Assembly (NCBI RefSeq): GCF_963921235.1
Contig: NC_086101.1
Coordinates: 9,612,001 to 9,676,000, forward strand
Direction of reading: 5' to 3'
Source of the DNA: Mobula hypostoma
Taxonomy: Eukaryota
DNA length: 64,000 nucleotides
Shown here: positions 36,174 to 48,247 of the stretch, piece after piece
Layout: every line of letters begins with the position of its first letter
Numbering within the stretch: position 1 is the stretch's first letter
Translations under genes and position numbers: made by a program
The notes under the pieces: model-generated
Seen by the model: only the letters and a program-made list of their open reading frames with translations
Databases searched by the model: none
What the model was told of the DNA's origin: nothing

Positions 36174-37596
36174 GAGGAATATAAAAATATGAGGAGCATT
36201 TGATGGCTCTGGGCCTGTGTTCACTGGAATTCCAAAGAATGAGGGCTGACCAAATTGAAACCTATCGAATAATGAAAGATCTTGATAGAGTGGATGTGGA
36301 GAGGATGTTTCCTTTGAGTCCAAGACCAGAGGACACAGCTTCAGAATAAAGGGTGTCCTTTTAGAATAGAGCTGAGCAGGAGTATCTTTAGCCAGAGAGT
36401 GGTGAATCTGTGGAGTTCTTTGCCACAGGTAGCTGTGGAGGCCAAGTCTTTATGTATACTTAAGGTAGAGGTTGATAGATTCTTGATTGGTTGGGGCATG
36501 AAGGGATAGAGGGAAGAGGCAGGAAATTGGGGCCGAGAGGAAAATTGGATCAGCCATGCTGAAATGGTGGAGCAGACTCAATGGGCCAAATGGCCTAATT
36601 CTGCTCCTATATCTTATGGTATTATGGTATTGAAATTTGTGAGGACAAACCAGGATATGACTTACACAGTGAACGTAGGGACAGAGGAGCGCAGTGGAAC
36701 AAAGGGATCTGGGAATACTGAACCATAATTCTCTAAAAGATGAGTCATATGTATATAGAGCTGTAAAGAAAGTTTTTGGCACAGAGGCCTTCATAAATCA
36801 GAGTGCTGAGCACAGGAGTTGGCACGTTATGTTGAAGTTTATATGGCAATCTGGAGTAATGTGTACAGTTCTGGTCACCTACCTACAGGAAAGAGTTAAG
36901 ATTGGAAGAGTCCGGAGAGAAGTTACAAAAATGTTGTCAGGTGGTAAAACTCTTAAGCTTTAAGAACAAATTGGATAGATACATAGATGGGAGAGGACTG
37001 GAGGGTTATGGACTGGGTTGGGGGGGGTGGAGGTCAATGGGACTAACGGAATAAAGTTTCAGCACAGACTAGAAGGGCCAAATGGCCTGTTTTCTGTGCT
37101 GTAGTGTTCTATGGTTCTATGGACTTGAGGATCTGGGTTATAGGGAAAAGCTGAATAGATTAGGACTTCATTCCTTGGAGCATAGGAGAGTCAGAGGAGA
37201 TCTGATAGAAAGATATAGATAGGAGAAACACAAGCAGTCATTTTCCACTGAAGTCGAGTGAAGCTAGAGCAAGAGGTCGTATGTTAAGGGTGAAAAATGA
37301 AATATTTAAGGAGAACCTGAGAGGAATTTCTTCACAGAGTGGTGAGAGTGTGGAATGAGCTGCCTGTGGAAATGATGGATGCAGGTTTGATTTCAATATT
37401 TAAGTTTGGATAACTAGATGGAGGGGAGGTGTACAGAGGTCTATGGTCAAGGTGTGGGTCGACAGCTCGAAGCAGAGTAACAGGTCAGCAAGGGCTAGAT
37501 GGGCCAAAAGGCCTTTTTCTGTACTGTAACACTTTTATGGCTCTATTACGCTATATTTCATACCCTGTGATATCTCGTTTAGTGTAGTCACTGGAA

Positions 37597-38107
37597 GTTG
37601 TAAATGCTTGAGTGTGACTGACAGCGCTGGAAACCAGGCACACAGTCAGATAGTGTGTGACATGCTCTGCATGCTCCCAGCAAGCTTCCTCTGTCGTTAA
37701 TTCATTCACCCAACCCTGTCAGCTTCATATGAAAAACCATTCAATCCTGGAATTATTCTCATGAATCTACTCTGGACCTTCTTAAAAGCCAGCACATCAT
37801 TTCTTCGATAAGGTGCCCAGAACTGCTCACCATATTCTAAGCCTCAGCATTACATCCTTGCTTTTATATTCCGGTCCTCTCAAAACGAATGCTAATATTG
37901 CACTTGCCATCTTTACTGATTCCGCCTGCTTTTGATCTGTCAGAGTGGCAGCTGTTGGGGAGCACGGCACTGGTGCAAAAGCGGACAAGGTTGGGCGAAT
38001 GAATTAACGACAGAGGAAGCTTGCTGGGAGTGCGCAGACCATTTCACACACTATCTGACTGCGTGCACGGTTTCCAGCGCTGACAGTTACACTCAAAGAT
38101 TTACAAC
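37597..38107. repeat. 129-bp inverted duplication of apparently unique sequence
   Basis: Arms 37597-37725 and 37979-38107, about 15 mismatches by manual alignment. Confidence 0.9.
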
Positions 38108-38619
38108 ATTCGGAATGAGCCTCCCCTCGTTCTTCTAAATTCCAGCTCCAGGCCTGTACTTGCTGGAGTTTAGAAGAATGAGGGGAGGATAGAAGGGTGC
38201 CCTTTTAGAACAGAGATGAGAAAGAATTTCTTTACCCAGAGGGTGTTAAATCTGTGCAGTTCATTGCCATGGATAGCTGTCGAGGCCAAGTTATTGGATA
38301 TAGTTAAAGCAGAGTTTGATAGTTTCTTGATTAGTCAGGGCATCAAAGATTATGCGGAAAAGGCGGGAGAGTGGGGTTGAGAGGGATAATAAATCGGCCA
38401 AGATGGAATAGCAGAGCAGACTCAAAGAGCTGAATGGTCTAATTCTGCTCCTGTGTTTTAAAGACTTAAGAAGAGGAAGCTAGCCATTCAGCCCATTGAG
38501 CATGGTCTGTTCAGTAGTATCATAATCAGGTCAATTATCACCGATACATGCTGTCGTATTTGTTGTATGGCTGCAGAAGTACAGTGCAATACGTTAAAAA
38601 TCATGATAACTTACAATAA

Positions 38620-39198
38620 GTTCAAGAGCTGAGAGGTAATGTTGCAGCTTTATAGGATTCTGGTCAAACCCCACTTGGAGTACTGTGCTCAATTCTGTTC
38701 ACCTCACTACAGGAAGGATGTGGAAGCCATAGAAAGGGTGCAGAGGAGACTTACAAGGATGTTGGCTGGATTGGGGAACATGCTTTATGAGAATAGGTTG
38801 AGTGAACTTAGCCTTTTCTCCTTGGAGCGACAGAGGATGAGAGGTGACCTGATAAAGGTGTACAAGATGATGAGATGCGTTGATCGTGTGGATAGTCAGA
38901 GGCTTTTTCCCAGGACTGAAATGGCTAGCACGAGAGGGCACAGTTTTAAGGTGCTTGGAAGCAGGTACAGAGGAGATGTCACAGAGAGAGGTGAGTGTGT
39001 GGAATGGGCTGCCAGCGACAGTGGTGGAGGCGGAAACGATAGGGTCTTTTAAGAGACTTCTAGATAGGTACATGGAGCTCACAAAAATAGAGGGCTCTGG
39101 ATAACCCTAGGTAATTTCTAAAGTAAGGACATGTTCGGCACAGTATTGTGGGCTGAAGGGCCTTTATTCTGCTGTCAGTTTTCTATGTTTCTATGTTT
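38620..39198 (+). mobile_element. CR1 3' fragment
   Basis: ORF 38639-39052 LQLYRILVKPHLEYCAQF; tail TTTTCTATGTTTCTATGTT. Confidence 0.9.
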
Positions 39199-40974
39199 AA
39201 GAAGTATACACTGCACAAAAAGGTAAGTAGTGCAAATAGAGAGCACAATAATGAGGTAGTTTATGGGATTATGGGCATCTAAGAAATCAGATGGTGGAGG
39301 GGAAGAAGCTTTTCCTAAAACATTGAGTGTGCATTATCAGGTTCGTGTGCCTCCTTGCTGGTGGTGGTAATGAGGAGGGCATGTCCTAGATACTGAAGGA
39401 CTTTCATGATGCATGCCACAATTCTCATCACGTTTGAAGATGCCCTCGATGGTGGGGAGACTGGAGCCCATGATGGATCTGGCTGAGTTTACAGCCCTCT
39501 GCAGCTTTTTCCGATCCTGTGCTGTGACCCCTCCAGACCAGATGCTTAATGCAATCAGTCAGAATGCTCTCTGTAGAAATTTGCTGGAAGCTTTGGTGAC
39601 GGATGAAATCCTCTCCAGTTCCTCATGAAATATAGCCACTGGCATAATTTCTTTGGAATTGCATCAATATGTTGGGCCCAGGATAGATCTCCAGAGATCC
39701 CAACGCCAATGAACTTGAAGCTGCTTGCATTTTCCACTGTTGACTTTTCCGTACACACCTCCCCGACTCCTTTTCACTTGGTGTCCTCCCCACTGTAAAG
39801 GAAGCAGCTCCACGTATCGACTGCCACCCAGAAGCTCTGCACTTTAATTTTGCTGACTGCACGTTTCTGAGTTTAAGTTTCCAGGATGTTGCACATTACT
39901 TTAAGAAATGTCTCTGAAATAATTTGAAGAAATGTCTAAGTATGAGAAATGTCAAATACCGGAGGATGTAGAGGAGGAAAGGTTTAAAGGTGATGTTTAA
40001 AGTTAAAAGTTTAAAGCAGTTTATTTACAGAGAGAGGACCAGGCCAGGGATGGGGGTGGAGGCGGATACGACAGTGATGTCTGAGAATCATTTAGACAGG
40101 CACAGGAATGGGGAGAGAATGGCGGGGTATGGTTCATGTGTAGGCAAATACAATTAGTTTAATTTGGCATCATGTCTGGCACTGACATTGTGAGCCATGT
40201 GACCTCTCCGCTGTACTCTTCTGTGTTCTAATTTCTATTCGTGCTGCAGAAACAGGCCATTCTGGTCCACGGGAGGGAGGTGGGGCAGCAGATATATAGC
40301 CCCGTTTCTGGGCTGCATGCCGATAACATGGAGTCACCAGTCACAGAGACAGGAACGCCTGCCTGTCGGTTCCACACCCACCATGACCCTCGTCTCCTCT
40401 TATCCTCCCCACATACTCAGCAGCTCCCACCCCAACCTCCCACTCCCCAGGCATAATTCTCACCGGCCAGTTTATCTCACCAAGCCACACACCCTTCGGG
40501 TTGTGGGAGGAAATCAGAGCACCAGGGGGAGTTCCGCATGGTTACCGGGAAAAATTTACATGGAAAGCACCCGAGGTCAGGATTTGAACCAGTTCAATGC
40601 AGGAGTCGAGAGGCGGCCACCCTGCCCTGTCTATCTCTGCTCTTCAGTTTAACGGTAATCACTATGACAGAGAGCATCCGGCTTCCCAAGACAAGGAGAC
40701 AGACCCGTAATTCCATGAGAGTGACGTCACAGGAAGAAAGGGTGGTAAAAGAATTTTTGGCACATTGCCCGTCATAAATCAATATATTGATTTCAGGAAT
40801 TGGAAGGTTATGTTAACACCATATGAGATGTTGGTGAAGCCAAATGAGTTGCTCCCCTACCTACAGAAAAGCTATAAGGTAAGATTTTTTAAAGAGTGCA
40901 GAGAAAATTTACAAGGATGTTGTGGGACTTGAGGACCTGAGTTGTAGGGAAAGGTTGAATAGGTTAGGACTTTA

Positions 40975-41072
40975 AGTTCTGATCAAGGGTCTCAGCCTGA
41001 AAAGTCTACTGTTCACTTTTCCACAGGTGTTGCCTGGCCTGCTGAGTTCCCCTGGCATTTTGTGTGTGTTGC
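40975..41072 (+). mobile_element. 98-bp PLE hammerhead cassette with perfect 11-bp TSD
   Basis: TSD TTAGGACTTTA (40964-74 and 41073-83) inside a CR1. Decayed core CTGATCA-AGGGTCTCAGCCT-GAAAAGTC. Confidence 0.82.
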
Positions 41073-41214
41073 TTAGGACTTTATTTCCTTGGGGAATGAG
41101 TGGAGATTTGTTGGAGGTGTGGAAAATTATGAGGGTATGGGCTTCTCCCACTGAGGGTAGTTAAGATGAAAACTAGAGGTCATGGGTTAAGGGTGAAGGG
41201 TGAAATGCAGAGAG

Positions 41215-41560
41215 TGGTGCAGACCAGTAGATGTGATCTTCCCACTATTCGGGACGTTTACAAAGACAGGTGCGTAAAAAGGGCCCGAAGGATCATTGGG
41301 GACCCCAATCACCCCAACCACAAACTTTTCCAGCTGCTACCATCCGGGAAACGGTACCGCAGCATAATAGCCAGGACAGCTTCTTCCACCAGGCCATCAG
41401 ACTAATTAACTCACACTGATACAATTGTATTTCTATGTTATATTGACTAGCCTGCTGTACATACTATAAATTGCACATTTAGATGCAGACATACCGTAAA
41501 GATTTTTAATCCTCATATGTATGAAGGATGTAATTAATAAGGTCAATGTAATTCAATTAA
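41215..41560 (+). mobile_element. Rex/Babar 3' fragment nested in CR1
   Basis: DPNHPNHKLFQLLPSGKRYRSI translation. Confidence 0.82.
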
Positions 41561-42154
41561 AGGCAACCTCATCACTCAGAGGGCGGTGAGAGTGTGGAAC
41601 GAGCTGCCAGCGGAAGTGGTGGATGTGGGCTTGATTGCAACTTTTAAGAGACGTTTGAAAAGTATATGGATGGGAGGGGTTTAGAGGGTTATGGTCCAGG
41701 TGCAGGTCAAAGGGGCTAGGCAGAATAACAGCTTTTCATAGGTTAGATGGACCATAGGACCCAGTTCTGTGCTGTAGTACTGGAAGTGCCTATGACTATA
41801 TTGTTGGAAGTCCAGAGCTAAAGGACACGAATGATGGGGTCGGGAGAAGTTTAAGGGAGATGTGATGGGTAGGTTTTTCACACAGAGTGAGTGAATATCT
41901 GAAATGAGCTGCCAGAGGGGAAGGATGAGCTATTACAATATTCAGAAGCCACAGCTGCCGACAAAGGAGAACGAGCAGGGGAACATGCATCTAACACAGG
42001 TATCGTGTGAACAGGCATCATGGACAGATGGATGAAATGGGCCACATGGCCTATATCTGTACTGTATGATCCTATGAATCCCTTCTACAATTTATTTACT
42101 TAATTTCTTATTTTTTTTCAAATTTAGCAATACAGCCACGCCGCCCGGCCCGGC

Positions 42155-42330
42155 AGGGTCATGCAGTGGTTAGCGCAATGATTTACAACGCCAGCGAACT
42201 GGGTTCAATTCCCAACACTGCCAGTGAGCAGCGTGTACGTTCTCCCTGTGACGGCGAGTGTTTCCTCCCACAGCCCAAAGACGTACCGGATAGCAGGTAA
42301 GTTGGCCATTGGACATTGTCCCATAATCAG
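42155..42330 (+). mobile_element. tRNA-derived V-SINE-like SINE
   Basis: A box CAGTGGTTAGC, B box GGTTCAATTCC, V-domain-like body. Confidence 0.75.
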
Positions 42331-42821
42331 AGGCTGCTGGGCAGCAGGACTCGAAGGGCTGGATGGGCCATACTCTGTGCTGTATCTCAATAAATAAACA
42401 AACAGATAAATAAATAAACCCACTCATTGAACACTAACCTCATCACCGGACGATCTACAATGACTAATTAAGCTACTGCCCAGTTTGTCTTTGGACACGG
42501 GTGGACATTGGAGCACTGGGAGGAAACCAACAAGGTTCATGGGGAGAATGTTCAAACTCCTTACGGACGGTACCGGAAGTGAATTCAAAACTCCAACGCC
42601 CCAAGCTGTCATCTACTCTCGTTCCTTGTATATAGAAGATCCCCCAAAGGGAGTGTCAGACATACCATAGGATTCGAAGATTTAGGGACAGAATTAGGTC
42701 ATTTGGCCTAACATTCAATCATGGCTGATTTCTTTTCATCCCTCCACTGTTCTAACCTGCTGGTAACCTTTAACCCCCTTATCAACCAAGAACCTAATTC
42801 ATCACTGTTTAAAATACACCT

Positions 42822-43334
42822 ACACACGAGGAAATCTGCAGATGCTGGAATTTCAAGCAACACACATAAAAATTGCTGGTGAACGCAGCAGGCTAGGCAG
42901 CATCTCTAGGAAGAGGTACAGTCGACGTTTCAGGCCGAGACCCTTCGTCAGGACTAACTGAAGGAAGAGCTAGTAAGAGATTTGAAAGTGGGAGGGGGAG
43001 GGGGAGATCCAAAATGATAGGAGAAGACAGGAGTGGGAGGGATAGAGCCAAGAGCTGGACAGGTGATTGGCAAAGGGGATGTGAGAGGATCATGGGATAG
43101 GAGGCCTAGGGAGAAAGAAAAGGGGGAGGAGGGGAAGCCCAGAGGATGGGCCAGGAGTATAGCGAGGGGGGCAGAGGGAGAAAAGACAGAGAGAGAGAAA
43201 AAAAAGCAAATAATTAATAATAATAAATAAATAATAACGGATGGGGTACGAAGGGGAGGTAGGGCATTAATGAAAGTTAGAGAAGTCAATGTTCATGCCA
43301 TCAGGTTGGAGGCTACCCAGACGGGATATAAGGT
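42822..43334 (-). mobile_element. Young PLE 3' fragment
   Basis: Colinear with 20540-21030. TSD AAATACACC/AAATATACC (42812-20 and 43335-43) within a CR1. Confidence 0.9.
42920..42955 (-). ncRNA. Minimal hammerhead ribozyme motif (best-preserved copy)
   Basis: Minus strand AGTC-CTGACGA-A-GGGTCTCGGCCT-GAAACGTC^GACT. 4-bp stem I and intact core. Predicted cleavage after position 42924. Confidence 0.82.
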
Positions 43335-46309
43335 AAATATACCCAATGGCTTGGCCGCCACAGCCAACTGTAGCAATGACTTCCACAGTTTCACCACCCT
43401 CTGGCTGAAGAAATTCCTCCTCATCTCTGTTCTAAAGGGATTTCCTTCTATTCTGAGGCTGTGCCCTCGGGTCTGGACTCCACCACTATTGGGAACATCC
43501 TGCCCATGTCCACTCTATCCAAGCCTTTCAATATTCAGTAGGTTAATATCAGATCCCCTCCATCGAGTACAGGCCCAGAGACATCAAACTTTCTTCATAA
43601 CTTAACCCTTCAATTCTTGGAATCTTTCTGGTGAAACCCTTCAGGACCCTTTCTAAGGCCAACACATCCGACCTTCGATACAGGGCACAAAATCACTCAC
43701 AATTGTTCACAGCTTCAGAATATTTTTGGTCCCTGGCCACATCTCCAAGCTTCCCATCCTGGACCCACTCAAAGATGCCTATCAGGACTTCCTGCCACCT
43801 TCCCCTCGCAGCAAGGGGTACCAAACCTTTCACTCTTTCTCTTCAAGTTCAAAGTTCCAAAGAGAATTTATTATTAAGGTATGTATATTTCACCATATTC
43901 TACCCTGAGATTCATTTTCTTGCAGGCATTTACAGGCAAGCGAAGAAATACTGTCTAGTTTCTGACAAACACTGACAAATGTCCAAAGTGGGAAAGGAGG
44001 CAAATCAGGTCCATAATAAATGAAGGAAGTAAATAAATAATACTGAGAACATGGGTTACAGATTATTGAAAGCAGGTCAATAGGTTGTAGAATGAGTTCT
44101 GATTTGGGAGCCTGATGGTTATAGGGTAATAACTGTTCCTGAACTCGGTTGTATGGGACTTGAGGTTTCCGTACCTGCTTCCTGATGGCAGCAGCGAGAA
44201 GAAAGTCTGGCCTGAGTTGGGGGGGGGGGGATGCGTGGTCCTTGATGATGGCTGCTGATTTCTTGTGACAGCGCTCGACGTAAATATGCTCAACAGTGGA
44301 GAGACCTTTACCCATGATGGCCTGGATTGTGTCCATTACTTTTTGCAGGCTTTTCCATTCCTGGGCATTGGTGTTTCCATACTAGGCTGTGATGTAACCA
44401 GTAGGAATACTCTCCACTGTGCATCGATGGAAGTCTGTCTATTTAATATAAATTCCTATTTTACCAAGCCTACTTTAAATTCAGCACTCAGGATCTTTGT
44501 TTCACAGTAGCTTTTCTTCCACTGGTGTCAGACTCATGCATTTCTAATTACCCGCTTTATTCCCCATTGCTGCATTTCAGACACGGTTGGCTGCTCACTT
44601 GAGAGAAGCCTCTGCCGCCTTGCCGCTATACCCACTCCTGGTGGAGGCTTCCGGAGGAAACCTTGAGGGAAAATCCGGAGCTGGAAACCCTAAGGCAGTT
44701 CTACGTTGACTGGCAACTCCTGGGACGTTGGCACCGAACGCTATCAGTCTCTGCCATTGCCTTGGATTGATCACCTGCGTGGAGAGGGGAAGCTTGCTGC
44801 GTGGTCAACAGCTTGTACTCAACATCATGGTGGCTCGCGTATCACAACGGCAGCTAGGGTGCAACATCCATGGTTGACCCTGACCAACAGAGGGCTGTTC
44901 TTGACAAGTTCCCACACCAGCTGTCCCTTAGCCACCTGATAGCTCACCTACTGTGATGGAAGATTTAAAAATCTCTCTCAGGCCTTCGACAATCTCTTAA
45001 ATTGACTCCCACAGTGACCACTTTATTAACTACACTGTGCTGGTTCAGCAGCCTGATGGTTGTTCCTGAACCTAGTGGTGTGGGACCTGGGCTCCCGTCC
45101 CTCCTGCCTAGTGGCAGCAATGAGAAAAGAGCATGGCGTGGATGCTGAGGTGACTTGATGACAGGTGCTGCTTTCCTGTGGCATCCCTCTTTGTAGATGT
45201 CCTCCACGATGGGGAAGGCTTGACCTGTGATGGACTGGGCTGTATCCACCCCTTTCCAATTTCCCTTTTACCGGAGCTTCATATTGCAATCACAATATTC
45301 AGACGGGGTGGAATCTGAGAATACAGGAAACTCAACAGGTCTGGCAGCATCTGGGGCGGGAGAAACAGGCTTCCTTTTTCAAGTCAAAGCCACCCCTAAA
45401 TAGCACTGCACTATCCTGTGGACGATCTGCCTGAAGGGATGGGAGAGGTCGAGGCCTTCCTGGGCGTGTACTTGTTTCTATTTTGGAATTCCTGTTTCCG
45501 CAGCTGTTTTTTTCCTTTACTTACATCAAGACGGCATAACCTTATCCTGAGAGAGGTAAACAAGAGGTTAATCTCTTGTTTTTCTGATTCTAGCTCAAAA
45601 GAATTGGAGTTTGAACAAACTTGGTTTGTTTTTTCTAGAGCATTGGAGGCTGAGTCCATTAAACCATACGACGTTGGAGCAGAATTAGGCATTTCAGTCC
45701 GTTGGGGCTGCTCCACCCTTTGCTTGTGGTTAACCTAGTTTCCCTCTTACCCCGTTGCCCTGCCTTCTCCCCGTAACCTTTGACACCCTTACTAATAAGA
45801 ACCTACCAACTTCCACTTTAAATATACCCAATGACTGGGCCTATCCAGTCATCTGTGGCAATGAATTCCTCAGATCCACTACCCTCCAGCTAAAGAAATT
45901 TCCTCACATCTCTGTTCTAAAGTGACGTCCTTCTACTCTGAGACTGTGCTCTCCAGTTACAGACTTCCCCACTACAGGAAATGTCCTCTCCACATCCACT
46001 CTACCTAGGCCTTTCAATATTCAGTAAGTTTCAATGATATTCCCCCCCCCCTTCCTTCTAAACTTCAGCAAGTACAGGCCCAGTGTCTTCAAACACTCCT
46101 GATACTTTAACCCTTTAGTTCCCAAGAAATCAGTTTCTTAAAGCTCCTGTGGACCCTTTCTTAGAATTTTGGCTGAGGGAAGTCCTGATAAAACAAAATA
46201 ATATTCTGAGACACATGGAACAAGGAGACAGCCAGTATCTTCCACATGTAGTCAACATGTCTAATATGAGAGGGCATGTATTTAAAGTGAGGGGGAAAAC
46301 CTTCAATCC

Positions 46310-47078
46310 TTAATGACAAGATCCAACATCGTCTTAAATGCGCTGGAACAGCTTTGGACGTCTCCGAACAAGAGTCTTTCATGATCGTGACATCCGAACA
46401 GACACCAAAATGTTAGTGTACAAAGCAGTGGTGACCCCAACACTCCCGTATGCATGAGAAACCTGGACAACATGCAAACGACATCTGAAAGCACTTGCAA
46501 AGTTCCATCAGTGCTGTCTTTGAAACGTCTTAAATATCAGCTGGGAAGAGAGAAGAACCAACGTCATCGTGCTAAATGAAGCAAAAACAACAAGTATTGA
46601 AACCTACTTCATCAAGAACCAACTAAGGTGGAGCGGTCATGTTGTTCAGATGAAAGACGAACATCTGCCAAAACAAATCTTGTACTCCCAGCTTAAAGAA
46701 GACAAACGTAAAAGAGGCGGACAACAGAAGAGATTCAAAGACGTCTTAAAAGCCAACATGAAGAAATGTAACATCGACATCAACAAGTGGGAAACCAATG
46801 CCAAGGACTGGAAACTCTGGCGAGCCATCATCCGAGAAGGAACAGCAACGTTCAAAGCCAACAGATGTACAGAATTAGAAGAAAAGAGAAGAAAATAGAA
46901 AGAGAGGCAGCAACAACCAAAGTCCGATCTGCCATCTGGAACTACCTGTCCTGAATGTAGAAGAACTTTCAAAGCCAACATTGGACTCATAAGCCACTTG
47001 ACAGTCCATAAATAGATCAACAGAATGAAGACCATCATCCTCGACTCCGAGGGATAGCCACAAGGACGACGATGACGG
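46310..47078 (+). mobile_element. RTE-clade LINE 3' fragment (second RTE family)
   Basis: QLRWSGHVVQM..LPKQILYSQL..GGQQKRFKD; C-terminal CPEC..GLISHL..H zinc finger; (GAC)n-like tail. Confidence 0.88.
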
Positions 47079-47660
47079 TATTGGAAGCCAACAAGATAGA
47101 GGCATTTAAGAGTCCTTCTCTCTCTTTCTTTCCTCCCTCTCTCTTTATCCTCTATCTGTCTCCCTCCCCATCTCTTTCTCTCTTTCTCCATTCCCCTCTC
47201 TCGCTCTCCCCACAATTCTTTTTGAAACAGGACATTTATCCATGCTGCCACATCTTTTTCCCGAAGCCCGTACCTAACACAATGCCAAATTAAGCTCAGC
47301 CCTTCCGTCTGTCCTTCATCCAAGGTTCTTGATTCATGTCCCTGTATTCCCTGTGAACTGATGAACCTGTCTAAATGGCACTTGACCACCTCTGTTGTAC
47401 CCAGTTCCATCAGCTCTCCTGGCAGCCTGTTTCAAGCAGTTGCCACTCTCTGTGTAAAAAACTTACCCCACACACCTTAAACCCTCCCCTCCCACCTTAA
47501 TGCTGTCTCCTCTAGTATTGTCCTGGGAAGAAAGGTACTGACTATCTGACATCATAATTTTTTAAATCTCAGTCAAGATCGATGCTCCAGAGAAAGCAAT
47601 CCAAATTTGTTCATCCTCTCCATGTATCACCTGCCCTCTAATCCAGACAATATCCTGTAT

Positions 47661-48247
47661 CACACATAGAAGTTGCTGGTGAACGCAGCAGGCCAGGCAG
47701 CATCTCTAGGAAGAGGTACAGTCGACATTTCAGGCCGAGACCCTCCATCAGGACTACCTGAAGGAAGAGCTAGTAAGAGATTTGAAAGTGGGAAGGGGAG
47801 GGGGAGATCCGAAATGATAGGAGAAGACAGGAGGGGGAGGGATGGAGCCAAGAGCTGGACAGGTGATTGGCAAAGGGGATGTGAGAGGATCATGGGACAG
47901 GAGGCCAAGGGAGAAAGAAAAGGGGGGGGAAACCAGAGGATGGGCAAGGGGTATAGTGAGGGGGACAGAGGGAGAAAAAGGAGAGAGAGAAAAAGAATGT
48001 GTGTATATAAATAAATAACGGATGGGATATGAGGGGAAGGTGGGGCCTTATCGGAAGTTTGAGAAGTCAACTTCAAATCTCTTACTAGCTCTTCTTTCAG
48101 TTAGTCCTGATGAAGGGTCTCGGCCCGAAACATCGACTGTACCTCTTCCTAGAGATACTGCCCGATTTGCTGCATTCACCAGCAACTTTTATGTGTGTTG
48201 CTTGAAATTCCAGCATCTGCAGATTTCCTCGTGTTTGCGTTTTTAAG
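47661..48247. mobile_element. PLE insertion with inverted terminal repeats and 10-bp TSD
   Basis: Minus-strand piece 47661-48070 fused to plus-strand piece 48071-48247. TSD TATCCTGTAT (47651-60 and 48248-57). Confidence 0.9.
48103..48138 (+). ncRNA. Hammerhead ribozyme motif (helix III palindrome mutated)
   Basis: AGTC-CTGATGA-A-GGGTCTCGGCCC-GAAACATC-GACT. Opposite-strand partner at 47720-47755 has CTGATGG and GAAATGTC. Confidence 0.68.

Noticed and set aside
44590..44900. CpG-containing stretch resembling an RTE 5' UTR-derived repeat, possibly with an HDV-like ribozyme
   Set aside because: I could not build the nested double pseudoknot by eye, and the family assignment is unsupported without a search.
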